Assembly (NCBI GenBank): GCA_963727445.1
Contig: CAVSGI010000005.1
Coordinates: forward strand, 64,001-128,000
Source of the DNA: an uncultured delta proteobacterium
GTDB taxonomy: Bacteria > Myxococcota_A > Polyangia > Polyangiales > B10-G4
DNA: 64,000 nt
Reading direction: 5' to 3'
The position numbers were made by a program, and so were the translations under genes. Position 1 is the first letter of the stretch; every line of letters begins with the position of its first letter. Shown in pieces: positions 51,489 to 61,206 of this stretch. The notes beneath the pieces are model-generated. The model was not told the origin of the DNA and searched no databases. It saw nothing but the letters and a program-made list of their open reading frames with translations.

Positions 51489-52071
51489 TCAGGGGACCTC
51501 GAAGCCCGCGCGTGCGAGCCACTCGACGACGGTGAGGAGCGGCAGGCCGACGATCGCGGTGTGATCCGCGCCTTCGACCGAGGAGAACAGGGCGATGCCC
51601 GCGCTTTCGATCTTGTAGCTGCCCGCGCAATCGACGGGATCGTCGCGCTCGACGTAGCGCCGGATGGCGTCCTCTTTGAGGTTGCGCATGGTGAGGCGGT
51701 GCTCGTCGACGTGCTCGAAGACCGTGCGGTTCGGCTGGATCAGAGTCACCGCGGTACTGAGCCGATGCGCGCGTCCCGCGAGCCGGGTGAGCTGCGCCAC
51801 TGCAGCCGAGACCGAGCCGGGCTTGCCGAGCGCCTCCCCGCTGAGGTCGACGATCTCGATCGCTGGCCAGCACGTACGCTTCCGGATGGAGCGCGTGCAC
51901 GCTCTGGGCCTTGGCGCGTGACAGGCGCCGGGCGCGCTCCGTCACCGACTCTCCGATCGGACCGGGCGTGGACTCGTCGGCGCGGTGGGGAACGGCGTCG
52001 AAGGGCACGCCGAGCCGCTCGAGAAGCGCGGCTCTGTAGGGAGAGGTCGACGCCAGGACGAGTCGCTTCAT
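51489..52071 (-). CDS. maf: Maf-family nucleoside triphosphate pyrophosphatase (one frameshift near 51857)
   Basis: LVLASTSPYR, DES, AKA, LASD / LGKPG, CAGSYKIE and IVGLP. Confidence 0.9.
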
Positions 52072-52088
52072 CGCCGCTCGTCTCGGGG

Positions 52089-53626
52089 CTACTCGCCCGC
52101 CTTCGAAGGACAACGCACCCGCCACGGCCCGAACTCGAGCGCCCCATCCACCCGCGCGGGTTGCAGTGCGCAGCCTTCGGCCGTCGTGAGGTAGGGCTTC
52201 ATGGTGGTGCGGAATGCGTAGCCGCTGCTCGGGGACATCGCGATGAACACCCCCTGGCCAACGCGCGCATAGAGGTCGGACACAGCGGTCACGCCGTCGA
52301 TCTCGAGCAGGCGCAGGCGGCCTTCTCCCAGGTGAAGCGCCGCGGCACCCGACGGAGTCTGGAACATCATCCACCCACTGAAATGAGGCGCGTCCGCCAT
52401 GCTCAGCGCGGGCGGGCCCAGCTCCAGGCGCCCGTCTTCGATGCGAAGACGGCCCAAGCGTTTTTCCCCGTCGCCCGCGAGGACCCCGATCCAGTGATAT
52501 CCGTCGGCGTCGACCACCGGCGTCGAGGTGGTGGGGACCTCGATCTTCTCGGTCAGCGCCACCACCCCGTCGGCCTCTGGAGACAGGAGCTCAGAGGGGC
52601 CGCCACACTTCAAGAGGGCCACGGGCATGCCGTGGACGAAGCGCGCTTCGGTGCATCCGTCGGGCAGCGAATAGGTGCTCCCGTTGGCGCGCTTGACCCG
52701 GAGGTTCTCGAGGTCGCCATAGGTGGTGTCGCCCAGCGGGATCACGTCGCCTTCCACCTCGATGCGCCCCTCGGGCCCGGCCAGGAACGACTTGAACGAA
52801 TCTCCCGACCAACCGTGGAAGCCGGAGCTCTGCGCGAAGCGCTCACACCAGCGGCAGACGCAGGACGTGTCCTGAACGGGGAATTCGATGCTGCGGCTGC
52901 GGTCGGTGTCTCGGGGCACTTCGCGCATCAGGGCCCATCCCGGCAGCGAGGCCACCTCGATGCGCCACAGCCGACCGTGCGGAGTCTGCACCTCGAAGGC
53001 CTCGCCACCCCCGCGCACGCCGACCTCTTCGACGACCATCCGATCCGGGCTCCGGCGGATCCATCCGAGGTAACGACCCAGCGGATTGAAGGCGACCTGC
53101 CGCGGCTGCATGCAGGCGTTCTGGTCGTCCTCGAGGTCCGCCACGCTGGCCGCGAGGTCGTCGCGTTGAGTGCTGTCGGCCTTCAACAGCCACAGGTGGG
53201 ACGACTCGCGGAAGACCGCCATCCGATGCAGCGGGTCGGTGGCGATCAGGTCGTCGTAGTTCTGGATGTTGTTCGTGCGCAGGTCGAAGACCTCGAGCGT
53301 CGGTGGCTCGTCGGCCTCTCCGTGCAGGCCGAAGGTCGGCTCGGTGTCCCCGTTCCAGCGGTAGAGGGCGACGAGCTTCCCGTCGTTGCTCATCCACCAA
53401 CCGAAGCCCCACTGCTGTCCGCCGAACTCTTCGCCGTCCGCGGTGCCGACGATGCGGGTGGGAGCGCCCTGGGGCAGCTCACCCGCAGCGCTGTCGTCAC
53501 CGAGCGCGGTGCGCTGCGCCGCGGTGGCTTCGGGGGAGGGGGTTCTTCCTGCTCTTCGGGGGCCACCGTCGGCCCCCCACCGCAGGCAGCGAGCAGGGCG
53601 AACGTGGTCGAAAGGATGGCGCGCAT
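52089..53626 (-). CDS. Hypothetical beta-rich lipoprotein (frameshift near 53500)
   Basis: MRAILSTTFALLAA-CGG starts overlapping the DGC stop (TGATG); the body (434+ aa) is in a different frame. Confidence 0.65.
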
Positions 53627-54630
53627 CAGTCTCCGCGAATCTCCGGCTTGTAGATGTATCCCTGGTGCTGGAAGACGCAGATCCGGTTTCGGCCGTCTTC
53701 CTTCGCCTGGTACAGCGCTTTGTCGGCCGCTTTGAGCAGCTGATCTTTGGTGCGGACGTCGCGGCTCGGGTAGAGCGCCACGCCCACCGACACCGTGATG
53801 GCGTACTCGTTTCCTTCCTTGCGGAGCGGCACGCCCCCCACCGCGCGCCACACTCGGTCGGCCACGGTCAACGCGCCGGAGAAGTGGGTGCTGGGCAACA
53901 CGAGGAGGAACTCCTCACCGCCGTAGCGCGCGACCACGTCGATCTCGCGAACCGCGCCCCGGAGCCGGTGGGCCACCTCGGCGAGCACCGCGTCGCCGAT
54001 GTCGTGCCCGTGCTCGTCGTTGAACTTCTTGAAGTGGTCGATGTCGATCATCGCGCAGGCGAGGGGATCGCGGTAGCGCTCGGCGCGCTTGAACTCCTCG
54101 GCCAGGCGGGTGTGGAGGTAGCGGTAGTTGTACAGGCCGGTGAGCTCGTCCTGCACCGCGAGCTGCGCGAGGCGCTTCTTGGCGATCTGAACGTCGTCGT
54201 GCAGGCCCTTGATGCGCAGCATCGCGCTCACCCGGGCGAGGAGCTCACGCTCGTCGAAAGGCTTGCATACGTAGTCGTCGGCACCGATGCGCAGGCCTTC
54301 CACCCGGCTGTCGGTGTCGCGCTTCGCCGTCAGCAGGATCACCGGGAGGAAGCTGTCCTCGGTCATGGTCTTGATCAGACGGCAGGAATCGAGGCCGGAG
54401 AGCCCGGGCATGATGATGTCCAAGAGGACCAGGTCGACGCCGCCCTTCTTGACGAGATCGATCGCCTCCTGGCCGCTGGCCACCGTCTCCACGGCGAAGC
54501 CATGGCCGCGTAGCAGGCCGCCTACGTACTGCCGCGTGACGCGATCGTCCTCCGCCACCACGATGCGTGCGCCTTCGAAGGACGGCTTTTCCGAGCCGGA
54601 GGACTCCACAGCCGAGAAGGGTAACGCCAT
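53626..54630 (-). CDS. Response-regulator diguanylate cyclase (REC-GGDEF)
   Basis: VAEDD, VLLDIIMP, LTA and KPF; DELTGLYN, DIDHFKKFND, I-site REID and RYGGEEF. Confidence 0.95.
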   Translation of the reverse strand: MALPFSAVESSGSEKPSFEGARIVVAEDDRVTRQYVGGLLRGHGFAVETVASGQEAIDLVKKGGVDLVLLDIIMPGLSGLDSCRLIKTMTEDSFLPVILLTAKRDTDSRVEGLRIGADDYVCKPFDERELLARVSAMLRIKGLHDDVQIAKKRLAQLAVQDELTGLYNYRYLHTRLAEEFKRAERYRDPLACAMIDIDHFKKFNDEHGHDIGDAVLAEVAHRLRGAVREIDVVARYGGEEFLLVLPSTHFSGALTVADRVWRAVGGVPLRKEGNEYAITVSVGVALYPSRDVRTKDQLLKAADKALYQAKEDGRNRICVFQHQGYIYKPEIRGD

Positions 54631-54728
54631 GCGCGTCAAAAGCGCATGGGAGAAAGCCAGCCCGAACGATCGCCGGCGGAGAACTGGGCGTGCTCGCCGG
54701 GCGCCCTGCGCGATAAGCTGGCGGCCCA

Positions 54729-57630
54729 ATGTCTCTCCTCGACCGCGTCAGCCGGTTCATCGACGACGTCCTGCTCCTGCCAGAGGACGTCCGGGACCGT
54801 CTGGAGGCTGCCGAGGACGCGCTCGAAGCGGGGGAGAACTCCGTCGCCGCCGAGCTCTTCGAGCGCGTGCTCGAAGAGCGCGAGACCCTCGCTCGCGCCG
54901 CCGTGGGCCTCGCGCAGGCGCGCGAGGCGCTCGGCGATCTCCGCGCGGCGGTCCGCGCCCTCGACCGCGCGCGCACGCTCGAGCCGGACGATCCGGAGGT
55001 CGCGCTCTTCGACGCGCGACTCGCCCTCGCGCTCGGCGACAGCGACCGCGCGGCGAACGCCGCGCGCGACGCCGCCGGGCGCCTCGCGAACGAAGGTGGC
55101 GCGCGCCTCGCCCGCGCTTGCGTTCTGCGCGCCCGCGCCGAGCGCCAGCGCGGGCGACCCGATCGGGCCGCGCGCGAGCTGAGAAAAGCGCTGAGCCTCG
55201 ACAAGGAGGACGCGACGCTGCGCGCCGAGCTGGTGGAGGTGCTGGCCGACGCGCATCGGGTGGGCGCGGCGCGCGCCGCGGCGACGGGGCTCGACGCGGC
55301 GGCGCTCGACGACGCCGCCGCGACGCGCCTCGGTCTCGCCCTCGAGCGGGTGGGCGCGCACGACCTGTCGAGGGAGTGGCTCGCGCGCGGCGCGGAGGCG
55401 GGCAGTGACGCGGCGCTCCTCGCGCTCGCACGCATCGCGCGCGAGCAGGGCGAGGTGGAGGAGGCGGAGGCGCTCTCGCGGCGCGCCGTGGCGCGGGGCG
55501 CCGGGGCGGAGGCGCTGTCGCTGTTGGCGGAGATCCTGATCGGCCTCGGGCGCCGGGTCGAGGCGACCGAGGCCTATGCGGCGGCGGCGCAGCAGGCGGG
55601 GAGCTCACCGGCTCTCCTGCGCCGCGCGCTGCGTGCCGCCCCGACGGACCGGCCGGACTTGTTGACGGTTCACGCGGACGCGCTCGAGCGCGTCTCGCCG
55701 GGAGACGTGGCGGCGCGGGCGGCGCGGGCGTTCGTCGCGCTCGAGAAGGGCGATCTCCAGGCGGCGCGCGCGCTGGCAGGCGAGGGGAGCGCGCGCGATC
55801 CGCGCCTCACCCTCGCGCGCGCCCGCCTGGCGCTCGCGAGCGACGACCCGCAGGGCGCGCTCGCGGCGCTCAGCGAGTACGAGGCCGAGGTGGCGCGCTC
55901 CCGGAGCGGAGCCGACGAGGAGCTGTCGGAGGCGATCCGTCGCGACGCCCTCCGCGCGCTCTGGCTCGACGCCGAAGGCCAGGTGGATCTCGGCGGCGGC
56001 CATCGACGCGGTGGAGCGTTTCGCCGCCGAGCATCGTCTCGACGCGACGGCGCGGGGCGCAGGGCGCCTGCGCGACGAGCTCGACCGCCCACTGCTATTG
56101 GCCGTGCTCGGAGAGTTCAACGCCGGCAAGAGCACCTTCATCAACGCGTTCGTCGGCGCCGATGTCGCGCCGACAGGCATCGTGCCCACGACGGCGACCC
56201 TCAACGTGCTTCGCGGGGGCGCCGAGCGCCTGGTGCGGGTGGTGCGCACCGACGGAACGACGCGCGAGGGCGGCTACGACGATCTCTCCCGCCTCCTCGA
56301 GGAGGCCGAGCAGGGGGCAATGGATGCGCCCGAGGCCGGGGGGCCGGTGGACCACGTCGAGATCGTCTTGCCCTCCGAGACCCTCGAGCGGGTGTGGATC
56401 CTCGACACACCGGGGACCAACGCCATCGATCCGGAGCACGAGCGCCTCGCGCGCGAGGCCGCGCGGCGCGCCGACGCCGCGCTGTGGATCTTCAGCGCGG
56501 GGCAGGCGGGCAAGGACACCGAAGCCAAGATGCTCGGTGCCATCCGAGCGTCGGGTCGGGTCGTGGTTCCGATCCTCAACAAGGTGGACCGTCTCGAGGA
56601 AGGACAGCTCGAAGAGGTGAAGCGAAGCCTCGCGCGCGAGCTGGATGGGGCTCCCGGAACGGGCGCCGAGGGAGGCGTGTCGGGATTCGACGTCGGGCCA
56701 CCGATCCCCTTCTCGGCGAAGCGCGCGCTCCTGGCCCGCCTCTCCGACGACGAGTCGGCGCTGCGCGAGAGCGGCTACGAGGCGCTGCTCGAAGCGCTCG
56801 GCGAGCGCATCTTCGCGCGCTCCCGCGAGCTCAAGCGCGACGCCTGCGCCGGGCGGCTGGTCGAGATCGTGGACGAGGCCCTGGCCACCGAGGAGCAGGA
56901 GCTCGCCTCGTTCGAGGCGCGGCTCGGCCGCCTCGACGAGGCGGAAACGCTCCTGTCCCCGAGCCGCGCGGGTGGGGGTGTGGAGATGGCGCTCGAGCGG
57001 GCCGTGGACGAGTCCATCACCCATCTGTCGAAGGATCTCGACGTGGCCTTCGTGCAAGCGGCGGAGGAAGTGCTGGCCTTCGTGCGCCCGCGGCGTAGTC
57101 GTTTCGCCAGTCACGGGGCCGACCCGGAGGATCGCGCCTTCCTCGCGGAAGCTCTCGAACGTCGCCTCGGACAGGCGGCGGACGGCCTGTCCACGCGCCT
57201 GTTGCCGCGCGTTCGTGCCGCGCTGGCCGACGCGGCCGATCACCTGGAGCTCTCGCACGCGGAGCTCGACCGTCGCGTGCGCGCGGCGGTCATGCAGCCC
57301 CTCGCGCTCTACGTGGGCTTTCAGCGCGGTGTCCTGCGCGGCGGCAGGCTCCGGCGCTTCTTCGAGGACTACCTGCCGAGCGCAACCCTCGAGGTCGAGG
57401 GGCTGTCGAAGGCCCTGAGCACCGTGCGCGCCGATCCACGAAGGGAGCTGGGTCCGGCGCTCGAGGACTCCCTTCGCGAGCTCGTCGCCGCTTTGGGACA
57501 GGAGCTGACGTCGTTGCGAGAGGGGGCCCGGATCGCTCGGGAAAGAACCGCCGCCACGGTCTTTGGGCCCCTGAGGGCGCTACGCACCGTCCTGGCCGAA
57601 GCGCTGCGCTCGGCGGGTCCGAGTCGATGA
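54729..57630 (+). CDS. TPR-repeat + dynamin-like GTPase fusion (one frameshift near 55992)
   Basis: About 420 aa of TPR-like repeats, then G1 GEFNAGKST, G2 PTT, G3 DTPG, G4 NKVD and a helical stalk. Removing one base gives about 966 aa. Confidence 0.8.
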
Positions 57631-57703
57631 TCCTGGTTTGTGACGGGGCGAGCGGCGTATACTTCGGAGATTCGAGTAGGGCCCGACCGGCCAGAGGAGA
57701 CGA

Positions 57704-59182
57704 ATGGAGATCAAGCAGCAGCTGCGATTGACCCAGCAGCTGGTCATGACCCCGCAGCTGCAACAGGCGATCAAGCTGCTTCAGATGTCCCGGATGGAGC
57801 TCGTCGACCTCGTTCGCGAGGAGATGCTCGAAAATCCGATGCTGGAGGATGTCGGCGAAGTCGGCTCCACCGAGCCCGAGATGCCGAAAGATGTCGCCGT
57901 CGTCGAGGCGCCGACCATCGACAAGGCGGGCGCAGCCGACGACAAGGCCGCCGACGACAAGGCGAAGGCCGAAGAGAAGAAGACCGAGGACTTCGACTGG
58001 GAGCGCTACCTCGAGAACCACGCCATGCAGGCGCCGGTCCCCTCTTTCCGGGGCGGCGGGGGTGACGACGAGCTGCCCGGGATCGAGGCGACCTACAGCC
58101 GCGCCGAAGACCTGACCGCCCACCTCATCTGGCAGGTGAAGATGGGTGACTGGGTCGAGGACGAGCTTCGTTTCCTCGCGCTCGTGATCGGCAATCTCAA
58201 CGACGACGGCTACCTCGAGCTCGACGACGTGCCCGAGGACGAGATCGTCGAAAAGCTCGCGCGCGAAGCCGAGCTCGACCCGGAGGACGCCGAAGAGGTC
58301 CTCAGCATGTTCCAGAAGCTCGACCCCATCGGGGTGGGCTCGCGCTCGCTGAAGGAGTGCCTCGCGGTCCAGGCCAAGCACTTCGACATGGACGAGCTCG
58401 TGCTCAAGGTGCTGGACGGGCATCTGTCGAACCTCGAGAAGAAGAATTATCAGGCGATCGCGCGCGACCTCGACGTCCCCGTCGAGGAGATCTACGACGT
58501 CGCGCAGGTCATCGCCGACCTCGAGCCGCGTCCGGGGCGCAACTTCATCAGCGAAGAGCCGCGCTACATCGTGCCCGACGTCTACGTGCACAAGGTCGCG
58601 GACAAGTACTTCGTCGTCGCCAACGACGACGGGATGCCCAAGCTGAAGATCAGCGGCTTCTATCGGTCCGCGATGGCGGACAACAAAGAGGCCAAGGAAT
58701 ACATCCAGAACAAGCTCCGCTCGGCGGCGTGGCTGATCCGCAGCATCGACCAACGGCGCAAGACCATCGTCAAGGTCACCGAGTGCATCGTCGAAAAGCA
58801 GCGCGACTTCTTCGACAAGGGAATCCAGTACCTCAAACCGATGATTCTCAGGGACGTGGCCGAGGCGGTGGGGATGCACGAGAGCACGATCTCGCGCGTC
58901 ACCAGCAACAAGTACGTGCACACGCCGCGCGGGCTCTTCGAGCTGAAGTACTTCTTCAACAGCGCCATCAAGCGCGGCACTCAGGAAGACATCGCCAGCG
59001 AGTCCGTGAAGCAGGCGATCAAGAAGATCATCGGGGACGAGGACGAGAAGAATCCCTACAGCGATCAGAAGATCGTCGAGATCCTCGCTCAGCAGGACAT
59101 CAAAATCGCCCGACGCACCGTCGCGAAGTATCGCGAGATGCTGGGCATTCTCTCTTCATCGAAGCGGAAGAAGTACTTTTGA
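57704..59182 (+). CDS. rpoN: RNA polymerase sigma-54 factor
   Basis: QQLVMTPQLQQAIKLLQ, ENPMLE, MHESTISR, ELKYFF and RpoN box ARRTVAKYRE. Confidence 0.98.
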   Translation: MEIKQQLRLTQQLVMTPQLQQAIKLLQMSRMELVDLVREEMLENPMLEDVGEVGSTEPEMPKDVAVVEAPTIDKAGAADDKAADDKAKAEEKKTEDFDWERYLENHAMQAPVPSFRGGGGDDELPGIEATYSRAEDLTAHLIWQVKMGDWVEDELRFLALVIGNLNDDGYLELDDVPEDEIVEKLAREAELDPEDAEEVLSMFQKLDPIGVGSRSLKECLAVQAKHFDMDELVLKVLDGHLSNLEKKNYQAIARDLDVPVEEIYDVAQVIADLEPRPGRNFISEEPRYIVPDVYVHKVADKYFVVANDDGMPKLKISGFYRSAMADNKEAKEYIQNKLRSAAWLIRSIDQRRKTIVKVTECIVEKQRDFFDKGIQYLKPMILRDVAEAVGMHESTISRVTSNKYVHTPRGLFELKYFFNSAIKRGTQEDIASESVKQAIKKIIGDEDEKNPYSDQKIVEILAQQDIKIARRTVAKYREMLGILSSSKRKKYF

Positions 59183-59249
59183 AGAGCTGCTTTGTCTCTA
59201 AACGGATTTTGTTCGAGCGCGCTTTCAGTGCTCGGATTGGAGGGTGTGG

Positions 59250-59624
59250 ATGAGGATTGCGTTCACGTTCCGCAACGTCGATTCGTCCGAGGGCATCAAG
59301 AACTACGCGAGTGAGAAGATCTCGAAGCTGCAGAAATACCTAAGAGCCCCACTAGACGCCGAGGTGACGGTATCGCTCGAGCGACACCTGCACCGAGTCG
59401 ACATCAACGTCGCGGCCGACGGCCATCGATACGCGGGACACGAGGAGTCGGAGGACATGTATGCCTCCATCGACCTGGTGATGGACAAGATCGACCGGCA
59501 GGTCCGGGAGACGAAGGCCACGATCACCAAGGGCAGGCGCCACCGAGACAGCATGGGCGAGGTGGCCGCCGCGCAGGAGCGAGCCGAGGCCGAGGCCCGC
59601 GCCGCTTCTGCTGAAGGCGAGTAA
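59250..59624 (+). CDS. hpf: Ribosome hibernation promoting factor (RaiA/HPF)
   Basis: FTFRNVDSSEGIKNYASEKI...EDMYASIDLVMDKIDRQV; directly after rpoN. Confidence 0.93.
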   Translation: MRIAFTFRNVDSSEGIKNYASEKISKLQKYLRAPLDAEVTVSLERHLHRVDINVAADGHRYAGHEESEDMYASIDLVMDKIDRQVRETKATITKGRRHRDSMGEVAAAQERAEAEARAASAEGE

Positions 59625-59641
59625 GGAGCACAGGTTCAGGG

Positions 59642-59692
59642 GGGACGCTTCGGCGTTCCGCGGGAAGCCCGGTCTGGTGGCCGGGCTTCTTT
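59642..59692 (+). terminator. Double hairpin / intrinsic terminator after hpf
   Basis: GGGACGC-TTCG-GCGTTCC followed by GAAGCCCGG-N8-CCGGGCTTC-TTT. Confidence 0.65.
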
Positions 59693-59728
59693 GCGCCTTG
59701 GGGAGCGGATTGGGATTCGCGGCGGGCT

Positions 59729-60451
59729 TCAGGTCAGGTACGAGCGGAGCTCTCGAAACCCGAGGGTGAGGCCGGCTTCGTGGCCTTCGCCTCGGACGAC
59801 GCGCAGGCGGGCGCGGCCGCCTTCGTGGCGGAGCGCATCGACGAGGGCGCGTCCACGCTCGAGCCAGCTCGGGTCGCGCTCGCCCGCGACCACGACGACG
59901 GGGAGAGCGCTCAGGGCGGGGGCGAGCTCCATGCTCCGGAGGTATCCGGGCGCGACCGTGACCGAGGAGAAGAGCTCCGGATGTCGCGCGGCCGCTTCGA
60001 GGGCGCTGATGCCGCCGTTGCTCATGCCGAAGAGGCGAACCGGACCGTCCGGGATCCCGTGGCGCGCGCGTGCCGTCGAAAGGAACTCGGTGACCAGGGG
60101 GAGATGGCGGCGCATGAACTGCCCCCCGCTCGGCGCCACCGGGCTGAGAACGGTCCAGCCCTCGCGCCGGAAGTCGTCGATCCAGCGCTCGAGCCCCTCG
60201 ATGACCATCGCCCGGTCCTGCGGTCCCGGCGGCAGCGCATAGAGCACAGGGCGCCCCCGTCGCCCCGCGAGATGGACATAGGTCACGGTCGTTCCACTCG
60301 CGAGCTCGAGCGTGCGAAACGGCGGCATCGCCTCTTGTGCGCGCGCCCGTCCTCCGCGGCATCCCAGGGCGAGGAGCCCACTCGCGGCCCCCGCGAGAAA
60401 TCGGCGGCGTGTCCACCATCCCCTCTGCCGGTCCATCCACTGATTGTCCAT
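59729..60451 (-). CDS. Tat-exported alpha/beta hydrolase (lipoprotein)
   Basis: TRRRFL twin-arginine motif and LALG-C; nucleophile elbow GMSNGG, GERD and GEGH. Confidence 0.8.
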   Translation of the reverse strand: MDNQWMDRQRGWWTRRRFLAGAASGLLALGCRGGRARAQEAMPPFRTLELASGTTVTYVHLAGRRGRPVLYALPPGPQDRAMVIEGLERWIDDFRREGWTVLSPVAPSGGQFMRRHLPLVTEFLSTARARHGIPDGPVRLFGMSNGGISALEAAARHPELFSSVTVAPGYLRSMELAPALSALPVVVVAGERDPSWLERGRALVDALRHEGGRARLRVVRGEGHEAGLTLGFRELRSYLT

Positions 60452-60548
60452 TGCATGACGCGGATCGCAAATCCGCCGTGGAGAAGCGGCCCGACGTAGC
60501 TCGACCGATCACCTCCATGAAGTCCGGCCGTCGCGCTATCCTCTGGCG

Positions 60549-61199
60549 GTGTCACGGCAAGCGTGGACTCTTCTGGCGCTCGGGGTCTTGTGGCTGGCCG
60601 CCTGCGGCGGCGCCGAAAGCGCGACGCGCGACGACAGCGAGGCGTCCTACGCGACGGCGTCTCCGGATGGGACGGGACAGTCGACCACCGGCGGGGACGA
60701 GGAAGCGCGCGCGATCGGGGGCTCGCCGCCCGAGACGGGCGCGGCCGTCGCACCGGCGGCGCTGTCGCCGCTCCTCGATGCACACAACCGGCTTCGCGAA
60801 GCGCACTGCGCGCCGCCTTTGTCGTGGTCGAGCACGCTCGCGGAGCAGGCACGGCAGTGGGCGAACCACCTGGCGGAGAGCGGATGCAATCTCGCCCACA
60901 GCACGTCGGACGTCGGGGAGAACCTCGCGGCGGCCACCTCCGGGACGCTCACCGCCGAAGGCGTGGCCGAGCTCTGGTATCGCGAAAAAAGCGATTACGA
61001 CTTCCGTCGCGGCGGCTTCTCGATGCGCACTGGGCACTTCACGCAGCTCGTCTGGAAGGGGACCACGGCGATCGGATGCGGGACGTCCAGCTGCGGGGGC
61101 CTCGACATCTACGTCTGCAACTACGCGCCTGCCGGCAACGTGCAGGGCGAGTACCAAGCCAACGTTCTGCCCACGGGTTGCGAATCCGACGGGAACTGA
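60549..61199 (+). CDS. CAP/SCP (PR-1-like) domain lipoprotein
   Basis: LAA-C lipobox; LDAHNRLR, GENL, WYRE, GHFTQLVWK and VCNYAPAGN. Confidence 0.92.
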   Translation: MSRQAWTLLALGVLWLAACGGAESATRDDSEASYATASPDGTGQSTTGGDEEARAIGGSPPETGAAVAPAALSPLLDAHNRLREAHCAPPLSWSSTLAEQARQWANHLAESGCNLAHSTSDVGENLAAATSGTLTAEGVAELWYREKSDYDFRRGGFSMRTGHFTQLVWKGTTAIGCGTSSCGGLDIYVCNYAPAGNVQGEYQANVLPTGCESDGN

Positions 61200-61206
61200 C
61201 GGTGGG

